From: an uncultured delta proteobacterium
GTDB taxonomy: Bacteria > Myxococcota > Kuafuiibacteriia > Kuafuiibacteriales > Kuafuiibacteriaceae
Length of the DNA: 64,000 nt
Assembly (NCBI GenBank): GCA_963803435.1
Contig: CAWDML010000001.1
Coordinates: 3,200,001 to 3,264,000 of the forward strand
Reading direction: 5' to 3'
The position numbers and the translations under genes are program-made. Position 1 is the stretch's first letter. Every line of letters starts with the position of its first letter. Under the pieces are notes generated by a model. The model saw nothing but the letters and a program-made list of their open reading frames with translations. It made no database searches and was not told the origin of the DNA. This document shows positions 30,040 to 39,778 of the stretch, in pieces.

Positions 30040-31728
30040 TCACTGTCCGTAGCGGAGGACGATCTCCCGGTTTCTGTCCTGCCGGCCGTAGAGCTCGACC
30101 GTCCGATCCGGCCATCGGACCTCGAGCGTGTCGACCTCGGCCGACCCCAACCCGAAGTACAGCGCCAGATCGCTCCCGGAGCCGAGGCTCGTCCCCGCAA
30201 TCACCGCGCGCAGGAGCGAGCGCCCGTCGCTGAGGCGCGCGATCACCTGGGCGCCGACCGCGTCGTGGTTCACCGCTCCGTCCCCGAGCAGCCGCACGGA
30301 GAGCCATCCGGCGGAGGCCGGGAGCGGCCGGTGGTGGAAGAGCTGATAGCCGACGTCCCAGTCGCCGACGACGAGATCGATCCCGCCGTCCCGATCGTAG
30401 TCCGCCACCGCCACGCCGATGGAGTAGCGCGGATCGTCAGCGCCGCTCTCGGCGGAGACGTCGGCGAACGTCCCGTCGCCCCGATTCTCGAACAGACGGT
30501 TCGCGTTGCCGAATCCGAAGACGCGCCCGACCGCGACGTACAGATCGAGGTCGCCGTCGGCGTCGTAGTCGATGAAAGCGGTGCCCCAGCTGGTGTTGCC
30601 GGCGATGACGCCCGCCTCTGCGCTAACGTTCGAGAAACCGCCGTTCTCCTGGCGGAGGAGGACCTCGGCGCCGGTGTTGGACATGTACAGATCGAGATCG
30701 CCGTCTCCGTCGTAGTCGCCGACCGCCAGGCCCATGCCGTCGATCCGGGCGTCGGCGCCGCTGGGGATGGCAAGCTCGGTGAAGCACCACCCGTTGCAGC
30801 CGCTCCCATCGTTCCGCCAGAGGACGTTGCGATTGAGCGGGCGATCGGAGGCCGGCTCGCCCGGAGAGCCCTTGTCGTTGACGAGATAGAGGTCCACGTC
30901 GCCGTCGCCGTCGTAGTCGAAGAAGCTGGCGACGAACCCGAGACCGCTCAGGTGATCGAGATCGAGGAGAGAGGAGACCTCGGTGAACTTGCCCTCGCCG
31001 TCGTTGTGGTAGAGGTGGTCGCGCGCAGCGTCGTGATCGCCGAGGCGGCACTCGTAGCAGAACCAGTTGGCGACGTAGAGGTCGAGCAGGCCGTCACCGT
31101 CATAGTCGCCGAAGGTGGCGGTCTCGCCCTTTCCGGGGTTCCCGAGGCCGATCTCGCCGGTGACGTCCACGAAGACGCCGCCTTCGTTCCGGAACATGAC
31201 GTCGGGGCCGAGGTTGAGGACGTAGAGGTCCTCGTCGCCGTCGTTGTCGTAATCGACGAAGATCGCACCGCCGCTGACGGCGTCGGCAAGCCCGATCTCG
31301 CCGGCGTCCTCGACCAGGTCGAAGCCGCCCTGTCCATCGTTGTGGAGCAAGCGGTTGGGGCCGGTGCTGTCGGTCAGATACAGATCGAGCCAGCCGTCCT
31401 GATCGTAGTCGCCCCAGGCCTGGCCGGTGACGTAGTAGTCGGGCCGGAAGCCGCGGGGCGCGCCGAGCTCGACCGTCTCGAAGCTGGGACCAAGCGCCGA
31501 CTCCACCTGGGGCGACGGCACCGAGAGGGGCGGCGCGTCGATCGCGACCACCGGCAGGGTAGAGCCCCGGACCGCGCGCTCCACGGATCGCGGCGACGGC
31601 CCCGGGCGATCCTCGGGGACCCGGCCGCCGGCGAGGTTGGGCGCGCCCTCGAAGCGGCATCCCGCAAGACAGCTTGCGAGCATCGCGATCCCGAACGCGC
31701 GCATCAGGCCTGGAAGGCACTTCGCCAT
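30040..31728 (-). CDS. CRTAC1-like FG-GAP repeat protein with ASPIC/UnbV C-terminus (lipoprotein)
   Basis: Multiple DYD.DGD.DLY repeats, DAVGA.V, LYFGLG....V..LEVRWP, lipobox LAGC. Confidence 0.88.
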   Translation of the reverse strand: MAKCLPGLMRAFGIAMLASCLAGCRFEGAPNLAGGRVPEDRPGPSPRSVERAVRGSTLPVVAIDAPPLSVPSPQVESALGPSFETVELGAPRGFRPDYYVTGQAWGDYDQDGWLDLYLTDSTGPNRLLHNDGQGGFDLVEDAGEIGLADAVSGGAIFVDYDNDGDEDLYVLNLGPDVMFRNEGGVFVDVTGEIGLGNPGKGETATFGDYDGDGLLDLYVANWFCYECRLGDHDAARDHLYHNDGEGKFTEVSSLLDLDHLSGLGFVASFFDYDGDGDVDLYLVNDKGSPGEPASDRPLNRNVLWRNDGSGCNGWCFTELAIPSGADARIDGMGLAVGDYDGDGDLDLYMSNTGAEVLLRQENGGFSNVSAEAGVIAGNTSWGTAFIDYDADGDLDLYVAVGRVFGFGNANRLFENRGDGTFADVSAESGADDPRYSIGVAVADYDRDGGIDLVVGDWDVGYQLFHHRPLPASAGWLSVRLLGDGAVNHDAVGAQVIARLSDGRSLLRAVIAGTSLGSGSDLALYFGLGSAEVDTLEVRWPDRTVELYGRQDRNREIVLRYGQ

Positions 31729-31840
31729 CCCCTCGACCTTCCGTCCATACTCGAATAACCCCTCGGCGTACTGGCCACGGCGGCCGCGTAAGCGCCGTGT
31801 ATTTGATCTGGCTGAGTCCTTCCCTCCACAGTCGGAGAGA

Positions 31841-32185
31841 GTGAGCAGCCTTCTCACCTTCATCGACGATTCGGTGCGGGCTCGCCCCGGGCCCCCGGGG
31901 TTCGTCGGCGACCTCTGCCTGGTCGAGCGGTGCGCGCGCCTCGATCGCTACTGGCACCTCTCAGCCACCCGCGCCGGGGTGACCTTCGGCTACCTCGACG
32001 GGGTTCCGGAGGGATCCACTGCGCTCTTGATATTCGACGAGGCAGAGGGCGAGGCCATCGTTCAAGGCGCGCCGTGCGCGGGCTCGTTCCGGATTGCGGG
32101 TGAGTCGACCCAGCTGAAGGCCCTCTTCGATCGCTACCTCGGCGGCTCCAGCTGGTTGGCTGTGCGGGCCGGTCAGACGAAATAG
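31841..32185 (+). CDS. Small hypothetical protein (possibly SCP2-like fold)
   Basis: GTG after GGAGAGA, ends 10 nt before the next RBS-preceded gene. The fold guess is weak. Confidence 0.5.
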   Translation: MSSLLTFIDDSVRARPGPPGFVGDLCLVERCARLDRYWHLSATRAGVTFGYLDGVPEGSTALLIFDEAEGEAIVQGAPCAGSFRIAGESTQLKALFDRYLGGSSWLAVRAGQTK

Positions 32186-32195
32186 GAGACAGCAC

Positions 32196-33371
32196 TTGCG
32201 GATTCCCGACCTCAACGAAGTGGTGAGCCGGTGGAGCGACGTCCGCCTGGACAACGACGAGTCCGTCGAGCAGCACGTGGGACGCCTCCGGGAGGCGTTC
32301 GTCCGCGAGCACGCGGGCCGTTTCATCAACACGCGTCAAGCGCTCGACTTCGTCCGCGAGCACCTCCCCTATCTGCCCGCGACGGAGCAGGCGGGCGTCG
32401 CGAAGCAGCTCGTCGAGGACGCGGACCAGCGCGTCCACTGGCCGGTCGAGGGCGGTGGGAATCGCCGAGGGCTGACCGGCGCGCAGCTGCGAGAGCGGCA
32501 GGAGATCGTGCTGAGGGCGCTCGGCGAGTTCATCGAGGAGGCTCGCAGCGGGACGCTCGGCGTCGACGATTTGGCGCGCTCGCTGGACCTGCTGAGATGC
32601 AAGCCGCTCGGCCGCTCCGGCGCGCAAGGTGTCGCGGGGATGCACCCGAGCTACCAGTCCGGCTTTGACGGCACCATCCTCCACGTCGGTGAGCACCTGG
32701 TGACGGTGCTCGAGGTACCGTCCGTCGCCGTCCATCAACCCTGCCGTCCCGGCGCCCAGCGCGAGACCTACGGCGACGTGACGCGCCAGGGCGACCAGCT
32801 CGCCTTCACCGGCTGGGTGCCCTCGAACGACGGCTATCTCCAGGTCCAGACGCGGATCGACGCCGAGCGGAGCGACGGTCCCCTCACGGAGCGAGAGCGC
32901 ACCGCCGTCTCTTCCCTCGCGACGACCCTCCGCAAGGCGTTCGTGGCCGACTTCGTCCCGACGCGTCACCTGCAGTGGATCGGCTCCGAGGCCGCCGGTC
33001 AGGGCGTCATTGCCCGTCCGTTCGATCGCTACCGCGCCCTCGCGAACGGCGCCTACGTCCGGACCCCCGAGGGTGAGGGCTCCGTCCAGCACGCATTCAC
33101 CGACGGACGGCCCAGCACCTCGAGCTTCTCGGTCGGCCCGGTGTTCTTCAGCGTGCTGCACGGCGCTCCCGCCCACCGATTCGACCGCTCCGCGGGCAGG
33201 GACAGCTCCTTCCAGGTGCTCTCTCACGAGCACGGCAACGCGCTGCAAGTGCAGGTCAGCTTGCGGAACGGCGACACCGCCTACGCCACTCTCACGAACC
33301 AGCCGTCCCGCCAGGCAGCCGAACGACAGCTGCACGACGTCCTGGCGCTGGCCGACAAGGTCTTCTCCTGA
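32196..33371 (+). CDS. Hypothetical protein
   Basis: 391-aa ORF with AGGAGA RBS and TTG start, normal codon bias, no recognised motif. Confidence 0.65.
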   Translation: MRIPDLNEVVSRWSDVRLDNDESVEQHVGRLREAFVREHAGRFINTRQALDFVREHLPYLPATEQAGVAKQLVEDADQRVHWPVEGGGNRRGLTGAQLRERQEIVLRALGEFIEEARSGTLGVDDLARSLDLLRCKPLGRSGAQGVAGMHPSYQSGFDGTILHVGEHLVTVLEVPSVAVHQPCRPGAQRETYGDVTRQGDQLAFTGWVPSNDGYLQVQTRIDAERSDGPLTERERTAVSSLATTLRKAFVADFVPTRHLQWIGSEAAGQGVIARPFDRYRALANGAYVRTPEGEGSVQHAFTDGRPSTSSFSVGPVFFSVLHGAPAHRFDRSAGRDSSFQVLSHEHGNALQVQVSLRNGDTAYATLTNQPSRQAAERQLHDVLALADKVFS

Positions 33372-33432
33372 GCACTCTCCCGGGTTGCGCCTCCCCAAAG
33401 AAGTGGGTTTGATCCGCGCCGAGCGGAAGAAA

Positions 33433-34848
33433 GTGCGCTTCGACTCCTTCGACTTCGTCCTCTTCCTCCTGCTCGTCCTGACGGTCTATCACCTCGTCCC
33501 CCACCGGCCGCAGAACCTGCTCCTCCTGGCGGCCAGCCTCTTCTTCTACGGCTACTGGGACTGGCGCTTTCTCGGCCTTCTCCTGGTCACGGTGGTGATC
33601 GACTACCTGGCGGCGATCGGGATCGAGAACGCACGGTCGGAGCGCTCGCGGAGGGGGCTGTTGTTCGTGAGCGCCGCGGTCAGCTTCGGCATCCTCGCCT
33701 ACTTCAAGTACTTCAACTTCTTCATCGACAGCATGAACGGGCTGCTGGCCCAGCTCGGGATCTCGGGGGTCCGCAACGGGCTCGAGATCGTCCTGCCGGT
33801 CGGAGTCTCGTTCTACACCTTCCAGACGATGAGCTACGTGATCGACGTGTATCGCCGCCGGCTAACGGCGACCCGGCGCTTCACCGACTTCGCGCTCTTC
33901 GTGACGTTCTTTCCGCAGCTGGTCGCCGGTCCGATCGAGCGCGCCTCGGCGCTGCTCCCCCAGCTGGAGAATCCGCGACGGCTCCGCTTCGCCGAGCTCC
34001 GCGAGGGCTCGTGGATGATCCTGTTCGGCTACTACGCGAAGGTGGTGGTCGCGGACAACCTGGCACCGTGGGCCGAGCGCGCGTTTCACCACGCCGGCAC
34101 CGCCAGCCCGCTGACCGTGGTCACCGGCGTGTACGCATTCGCGTTCCAGATCTACGGCGACTTCCTCGGCTACTCGAGCATCGCGCGCGGCGTCGGTCTC
34201 TTGTTCGGCGTGCAGCTGATGCACAACTTCCGAATGCCGTACTTCGCGGCCAACCCGTCCGAGCTCTGGCGCCGCTGGCACATCAGCCTCTCCACCTGGC
34301 TGCGCGACTACGTGTACATCCCGCTGGGCGGCAACCGGCGCGGCGAGCGCCGTACGTACCTCAACCTGATCGCCACCATGACGCTCGGCGGGCTCTGGCA
34401 TGGCGCCGCCTGGCACTTCGTGATCTGGGGCGTCTACCACGGCGTGCTGCTGGCGGTGCACCGAGCCGCGTTCGGCGCGCGCGAGAGGGCGAGCGCGGTA
34501 CCGCGGATCGTGCGCGCGTTCTTCTTCTTTCAGCTCGTGTGTGTGGGCTGGATCCTCTTTCGGGTCGAGCGGCTCTCGGAGGTCCCGCTGCTGCTCTCGA
34601 AGATGGCCCGCGGCCTCCTTGATCTCCGCCGTGCAGATCCGCTGCAGGTGAAGCTCTGGCTCCTGGCGGTGCTCCTGGCGCTACCCCTGCTGGTCGTCGA
34701 TCTCGCCCGCGAGCGCGCGCGGGACATGGACGTGGTCTGGTTCGAGTGGTCGCGGTCCGCTCAGGCCGCCTTGGGGGGCGCGCTGTTCCTGTTGATCCTG
34801 TTCGCCGGCGTCGTGGAGGGTGGTGACTTCGTCTACTTCCAGTTCTGA
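33433..34848 (+). CDS. MBOAT family O-acyltransferase (AlgI/DltB-like)
   Basis: LPVGVSFYTFQ, FFPQLVAGPIER, QIYGDFLGYS, WRRWHISLSTWLRDYVYIPLGG, GLWHGA, FVYFQF. Confidence 0.93.
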   Translation: MRFDSFDFVLFLLLVLTVYHLVPHRPQNLLLLAASLFFYGYWDWRFLGLLLVTVVIDYLAAIGIENARSERSRRGLLFVSAAVSFGILAYFKYFNFFIDSMNGLLAQLGISGVRNGLEIVLPVGVSFYTFQTMSYVIDVYRRRLTATRRFTDFALFVTFFPQLVAGPIERASALLPQLENPRRLRFAELREGSWMILFGYYAKVVVADNLAPWAERAFHHAGTASPLTVVTGVYAFAFQIYGDFLGYSSIARGVGLLFGVQLMHNFRMPYFAANPSELWRRWHISLSTWLRDYVYIPLGGNRRGERRTYLNLIATMTLGGLWHGAAWHFVIWGVYHGVLLAVHRAAFGARERASAVPRIVRAFFFFQLVCVGWILFRVERLSEVPLLLSKMARGLLDLRRADPLQVKLWLLAVLLALPLLVVDLARERARDMDVVWFEWSRSAQAALGGALFLLILFAGVVEGGDFVYFQF

Positions 34849-35791
34849 GCGCCTTCGGCTCGGCGTGCCGGCGCTGATGATCGCGGCGGCGCTGGCGGGC
34901 GCAGGGGTCGGGCTCCGCACCCTCCGAACCCTCCTCCCCAACCCGGAGTGGGGCGACGCACGCGTCAGGGTCCTCTTCCTCGGCAGCTCGCACGTCGACG
35001 GCGGCATCACGCCGGCCCGCATGCCGGTGCCGGCGGCTCGGATCACGCACGCCGGCGCCGAGATCGATCTTCTGGCCCGCGCCTATCTCTCGCACCGGGA
35101 TCGTTGGCCGCGCCTCCAGGTCGTGCTGATCGAGGTGGACGAGGTGACCCTGCTCGGCGATCGCGCCTGGAACCACCGGTTCGACCTGACGCCCCTCGCG
35201 GGCGATCTCGATCTGGATCCGTGGGAGCTGCCCCGGAAGGACGACCCGATCCCGCGCGCCGTCTGGATCGTGCGGAACCTCCTCCGCGGCCGCGGCCTGG
35301 CGGGGCTCGATCCGAGCCGCCGCTTCACGCTGGCGAACCTCGAGCGACGCCTGCAACCGACCCCCGACGAGTGGATCCAGGATCGCTCACCACCGCCCGC
35401 GCCGGCGCGGACCTCCACGCTCTCGCGATCGCTCTCGGAGCGCGGCGTCGAATACCTGCGTCAGACCGCGGCCGACCCGCGCTTCAACGTGGCGGCGCTC
35501 ATCGAGCTCACACGCGCGCTCCGGGCCCGCGGCATCGACGTCATCCTCCTCACGCTCCCCGACCACCGCTTCTATCGTGCGGTTCGGCCCGAGGCGTGGC
35601 AGCGGTTGGTGGAGTCGACGGTCGAGTCGGTGCGCGCCGCCGCCGGCGAGCCGATCCCGCACTGGGACTATCGCGCGGACGACCGCTTCTCCGACGACGA
35701 CTTCAACAACGCGACCCACCTCGACCCGCGGGGCGCAGCGCGCTTCACCGACCTGATCGCAGAGCGGCTGGCTTCGCGCGCGCGTCAGTGA
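34820..35791 (+). CDS. SGNH-like (AlgJ/DltD-like) partner of the MBOAT protein
   Basis: N-terminal TM, LFLGSS and F.N.THL...GA. Overlaps the MBOAT stop. Confidence 0.7.
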   Translation: MVTSSTSSSERLRLGVPALMIAAALAGAGVGLRTLRTLLPNPEWGDARVRVLFLGSSHVDGGITPARMPVPAARITHAGAEIDLLARAYLSHRDRWPRLQVVLIEVDEVTLLGDRAWNHRFDLTPLAGDLDLDPWELPRKDDPIPRAVWIVRNLLRGRGLAGLDPSRRFTLANLERRLQPTPDEWIQDRSPPPAPARTSTLSRSLSERGVEYLRQTAADPRFNVAALIELTRALRARGIDVILLTLPDHRFYRAVRPEAWQRLVESTVESVRAAAGEPIPHWDYRADDRFSDDDFNNATHLDPRGAARFTDLIAERLASRARQ

Positions 35792-38064
35792 AGGATCAGC
35801 CCGTCCAACCAGACGTAGTACGTGCCGTAGTCCCAGGTATCGGTGTGCACCTCGAGCCAGTCCACGTCCGTCAGCACGGGCGCGCCGGTCTCGGTGCGGG
35901 TCCATCCCTGTCCGCCCGCCAGCGGGACGTCGACGTAGATCCACTCGCCGGCCTCGAGCGGGAGGAGGTTGCTGTCCGGGGTGAGCGTCACCGTCCCGGA
36001 CGCGGACCCGAGGACGAACGTGGGGAAGTTGCCTTGCCAGCCGAACATGTTCCGGTTCTGCGAGCGGAAGAAGCCGGCCAGGTGCGTGAAGCTGGAGAAA
36101 TCCCAGGCGGCCTGGCGGTCCGGCGGGGTGAACGCCGCGAAGTCGTACGGATCATCGGTCGCGATCCGGATCGACGCGCCTCCGCTCACCGAAGCGCTCG
36201 TGTCTTCGACGATGACAGTGGTGCACGCGGGGTCGGTGCAGCGCCACGACCAGTCGAGCGCCGTCGCACCAATCTCGAGGCCGTCCGGAAGCACCGCCAC
36301 GGTCGCGAAGGCGAGGCCGGCGAGCGCGCCGTCGTCGGCGGTCACCGCCACGTCCCACAGGCCGGCGGAGGGGAACGTCAACTGGACTTGCGAAGCTCCG
36401 GGAGCCACCAGAAGCGCCTCGGGGAGCGCGGCCGGGACGAACCGAGCACCGGAGCGTTGCACCAGCCAGTGATAGCCGAGCGCCGCGCCCTCAGGATCGC
36501 TGGAGGCCGAGGCGTCGAGCGTGACCTCGACGCCCGCGGTGGCCGAGATCGGGGCGAGGCGTGCCTCGGGCGGACGGTCCTGCGGATCCGCGCCGCACGC
36601 GCCGACCGTCCAGATCCCCTCCACCTCGGCCGCGGGCGTGGCGGCGACCGTGCTCATGCCGTCGCCGCAGTTGGATCCCATCACCAAGCCTCGCGTCGAG
36701 GCGACGAAGACGTCGCAGCCGGTGAACGGGGAGCACGGCCCGTTGTTCGCGAACGCGTTCCGCTGGATCACCAGCTGGCTCGAGTTGGCGAGGTTCGGCC
36801 CCATGCGGTCGAGCGGATCCCAGGCCTGGATCTCACGGCCGGTGAGGAGGACGCCGGTGCGCCCGTTATCGGTGATGACGTTGTCCTCGATGACCGTGTG
36901 GCGGTCCTCGCCAATCTGGATCGAGATGCCGTCGACCAGGTTGCGCTCGACCAGATTGCCGCGGACGACACCGAGGTCGGTCCCCCCCAGCCAGAGCCCA
37001 TACGTGCTGTCGGAGGCGATGTTGTCGATGAAACGGTTGCCGTCGCACCAGCACTCGATCGCGTTGTGCGGCGAGAACGAGGTGTCGTTGCCCTCGATCA
37101 GGTTCGAAGTGGCGCAGCCACCGATCACGCTCCGGACGAAGATGCCGTCCCCGCCGTAGGTGGTGTCGTTTCGGATCAGCTCATTGTCGCTCGAGAGAGC
37201 GTCGACGATGATCCCGGCCGAATCCTTGGTGTCGATCCCGTACCAGCGACCGGGGAACGACAGCTGATCGCCGCGGATGCCCCAGGAGAGGTCGTTTCCC
37301 TCCAGCCGATCACGGTGCGCGTTCACCAGCGTCGCACCGGTGTTCGAGCAGTGGTCGGCCGTGTTGGTCGAGATCGTGTTGTCATCGCTCCCCCGGAGCT
37401 CGATGCCGTTCCAGTTGCGCGCGAAGCTGCTGTTCGAGACCGTGCTGCTCCGGGTGTTCTCGAGCCGGATCCCGCCGCCCTGCACCGTGTCCTGCACCCA
37501 ATCGGCGAGCGGGTCGGTGAAGTTGTCGGAGAGATCCGCCGACTCGACCGCGAGACGCTCCACCTCCCGCGCCACCAACCCGTAGCGGAAGCCGTGCACG
37601 CCGCACCCGACCACGCGGACGTCCTGGACGCCGTCGATGAGGATGCCGACGGTCGGGTCCTCGGTGGTGCCGAAGCCGGAGGCGCCGGAGAAGACCGTGT
37701 CGAGGCAGGTGACGGTGACGCCGCTGGCGACGACCTGCAGCGCGGCGTGGCGGGTCGCGTCGGCGGCGATCGAGAGCTGGCCCGGGCAGAAGGTGACCGA
37801 GCGGCTGATCTCGACCGGTGTGGAGGGCGCCGGCTCGCACGGTGTGCCGGCGTCCGAGCCCCCGTCCGGTTCGTCCCCGGCGTCGGACATCTCCTCCGTG
37901 CCTGCGTCGGAGCCCGCGTCCGCCTCCTCCACCCCCGCGTCGAAGGCCGCGTCGAGCCCGTCCGGCGCGCCGCTGTCGGGCGTGGCATCCGGACGCTGGA
38001 CCGCGGGCGACGCCGGGCAGGCGCACAGACACAGCGCGAAGATCGACAACCCAACGCCACGCAT
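35785..38064 (-). CDS. Lipoprotein with right-handed parallel beta-helix, PKD-like and CBM-like domains
   Basis: MRGVGLSIFALCLCAC, DAG-rich linker, repeated GI.L...N.I..N units, LDASASSDPEG..L.Y.W, C-terminal VWLDGL. Confidence 0.8.
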   Translation of the reverse strand: MRGVGLSIFALCLCACPASPAVQRPDATPDSGAPDGLDAAFDAGVEEADAGSDAGTEEMSDAGDEPDGGSDAGTPCEPAPSTPVEISRSVTFCPGQLSIAADATRHAALQVVASGVTVTCLDTVFSGASGFGTTEDPTVGILIDGVQDVRVVGCGVHGFRYGLVAREVERLAVESADLSDNFTDPLADWVQDTVQGGGIRLENTRSSTVSNSSFARNWNGIELRGSDDNTISTNTADHCSNTGATLVNAHRDRLEGNDLSWGIRGDQLSFPGRWYGIDTKDSAGIIVDALSSDNELIRNDTTYGGDGIFVRSVIGGCATSNLIEGNDTSFSPHNAIECWCDGNRFIDNIASDSTYGLWLGGTDLGVVRGNLVERNLVDGISIQIGEDRHTVIEDNVITDNGRTGVLLTGREIQAWDPLDRMGPNLANSSQLVIQRNAFANNGPCSPFTGCDVFVASTRGLVMGSNCGDGMSTVAATPAAEVEGIWTVGACGADPQDRPPEARLAPISATAGVEVTLDASASSDPEGAALGYHWLVQRSGARFVPAALPEALLVAPGASQVQLTFPSAGLWDVAVTADDGALAGLAFATVAVLPDGLEIGATALDWSWRCTDPACTTVIVEDTSASVSGGASIRIATDDPYDFAAFTPPDRQAAWDFSSFTHLAGFFRSQNRNMFGWQGNFPTFVLGSASGTVTLTPDSNLLPLEAGEWIYVDVPLAGGQGWTRTETGAPVLTDVDWLEVHTDTWDYGTYYVWLDGLILH

Positions 38065-38163
38065 GACGGTCGATGTAGTCACGGCGATTGCCGGAGCACG
38101 ATTACTCGGCCACGGTAATCGACGTCTGGTAGATCCTCCCATCTCACGCGATGCTCGGTACCC

Positions 38164-39423
38164 GTGGATCCCGCGCACACTCGAGGCGGCTGGCTTCCGG
38201 GGCTGCTGGCCCTCCTGCTGGTGGCGTGCGATCCGTCGGCGAGCCTGTTCGTCGAGCGCACTTGGCCCGCCGACCAGACTGCGTTGCTCACGATCACGGG
38301 AGGAAATCTGGTGCCACTCGAAGCGCGCCCGCGGCTCCTCCCGCCGGAGGGAGCGACGGAGCTCTCGATCGCGTTGCCCTCGAAGATCCAGATCTTCGTC
38401 GACACCTATGCGCCCGGTCGCATCGACCGTGCCTGCGCGCCCGCGTACGACGGGGACCCACTGCCGCCGGCCGACGCCTCCTGGACGTCGGGCCTGGTTC
38501 CCAGCAACTCGCAGACGATCGTGCTCCACGAGGGCTCGGTCTCCTCGCGGCCGATGCTGGCAGGCCGCTCCTGCGTCCCGCGTGATCTCTGCAGCGAGGT
38601 GCGGGTCACGATCTATCAAAGCCCCGTGGAGGACGATCTGCGATCGCTCGTGCTGGCGAACGATCGGGCGTTCGTGCTCGGCAAGAGCTTCGAGCTCATC
38701 ACCGTCGATCCGGAGGGCCCCCGGACGCTCCCCTCCGATCCCCGCCTCACGGGCGACTCGGGCGGTCTGGTCGACGACGGCCGGGGAGGCTTCATCGCGA
38801 AGGACGAGCAGAAGGCGTTCTTCGCCCTCGATGGAAGCGGCGCAGTAACGGCGACCTGGACCGCCCCCGAGAGCATACGCGGCCTCTTCAGGGGCGACGG
38901 GACGATCCTCGCGCTGACCAGCACCAGCCCGCGACGGATCGTGGAGCTCACCGCGGGATCCACGATCGCGGCCCCCTTCTCGACGCCGCCGGCCGATCTC
39001 TCCGAGCTCGCGATCGTCCGGCGCGACCTGATCGCCGGCTGGAGCAAGACCGACCTGTACCTGTTCGACGGCCGGCGCTGGGACTACCAGCTCCAGGCGA
39101 TCGAGCTCGACAGCGTCGCCGGGGACGAAGACGAGCTGATCGCGCTCCAGTCTCTCCGGACCACCTTCCTCCAAAGAGACGGTTCGTGGCTCGAGATCCC
39201 GTTCGCGCCGGTGATCTCACCCAAGGCGACGGCACTCGGCGCCGGCCACTTTCTGGTCGTCGGTGAGGCGGGGCGCGCGGCGATCTGGGACGGCGATCGG
39301 TGGTGCGAGATCGAGACGGAAGCGGGCAACTTCCAACGCGTTGAGGTGTCGTCCGACGCGCGCGTCGTGTGGGCGATCTCGTACCGCGAGATCGTGCGGT
39401 TCGAGCTGCCGCCGCGCTCCTAG
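38164..39423 (+). CDS. Hypothetical lipoprotein, probable beta-propeller
   Basis: Lipobox LVAC, repeated FDG.RW/WDG.RW blades. The stop TAG is part of the CTAG flanking IS copy 2. Confidence 0.65.
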   Translation: MDPAHTRGGWLPGLLALLLVACDPSASLFVERTWPADQTALLTITGGNLVPLEARPRLLPPEGATELSIALPSKIQIFVDTYAPGRIDRACAPAYDGDPLPPADASWTSGLVPSNSQTIVLHEGSVSSRPMLAGRSCVPRDLCSEVRVTIYQSPVEDDLRSLVLANDRAFVLGKSFELITVDPEGPRTLPSDPRLTGDSGGLVDDGRGGFIAKDEQKAFFALDGSGAVTATWTAPESIRGLFRGDGTILALTSTSPRRIVELTAGSTIAAPFSTPPADLSELAIVRRDLIAGWSKTDLYLFDGRRWDYQLQAIELDSVAGDEDELIALQSLRTTFLQRDGSWLEIPFAPVISPKATALGAGHFLVVGEAGRAAIWDGDRWCEIETEAGNFQRVEVSSDARVVWAISYREIVRFELPPRS

Positions 39424-39679
39424 GAGCGTGTAGCGCGTAGCGCTACCGCGAGCCCGGTCCCGGTCCCGGTCCCGGTCCCGGTCCCGATGGCGATCATGCA
39501 GCCCGGCGTGCGTTCATCGACTTGATGAGGCGCGTGAGCATCTCGACAACGCGCTTGAGCTTGGCTCTGGCGGCTTGGACCTTCTGCTCGTTGGCGAGTC
39601 GGCGCCTCGAGCAGGTGTGGAGTGAGGCGGCGCTTTCGGTGCCAGAGCGAAGTGCCATCCGGTAGAAGCAAGCCTTCTC
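39420..39679 (-). mobile_element. IS copy 2: one end plus 3' half of the four-helix-bundle gene
   Basis: CTAGGAGCGTGTAGCGCGTAGCGCTACC, (GGTCCC)x5, then near-identical reverse complement of about 22360-22565. Similarity stops at 39679. Confidence 0.88.
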
Positions 39680-39778
39680 GAGAGTCGACGCAGGACCACT
39701 TCGGCGAGCGCTTCAAGTTTCGAGCCGCCACGCGTCGATACGCGACGCCCAGCGCGCGGCTCAAGAACGCCTCGCAGG

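Noticed and set aside
33433-35791. MBOAT + SGNH pair as a novel system
   Set aside because: A common AlgI/AlgJ- or DltB/DltD-like arrangement.
34948-38118. 1056-aa plus-strand ORF and similar long ORFs (e.g. 55167..57698, 3288..5252, 18984..20522)
   Set aside because: Arg/Pro/Gly-rich or antisense shadows of well-supported genes, as expected at this GC content.
38065-39174. N-terminal 370 aa of the 1129-aa ORF 35785..39174
   Set aside because: Antisense to the lipoprotein at 38164..39423. A signal peptide starts at 38064.
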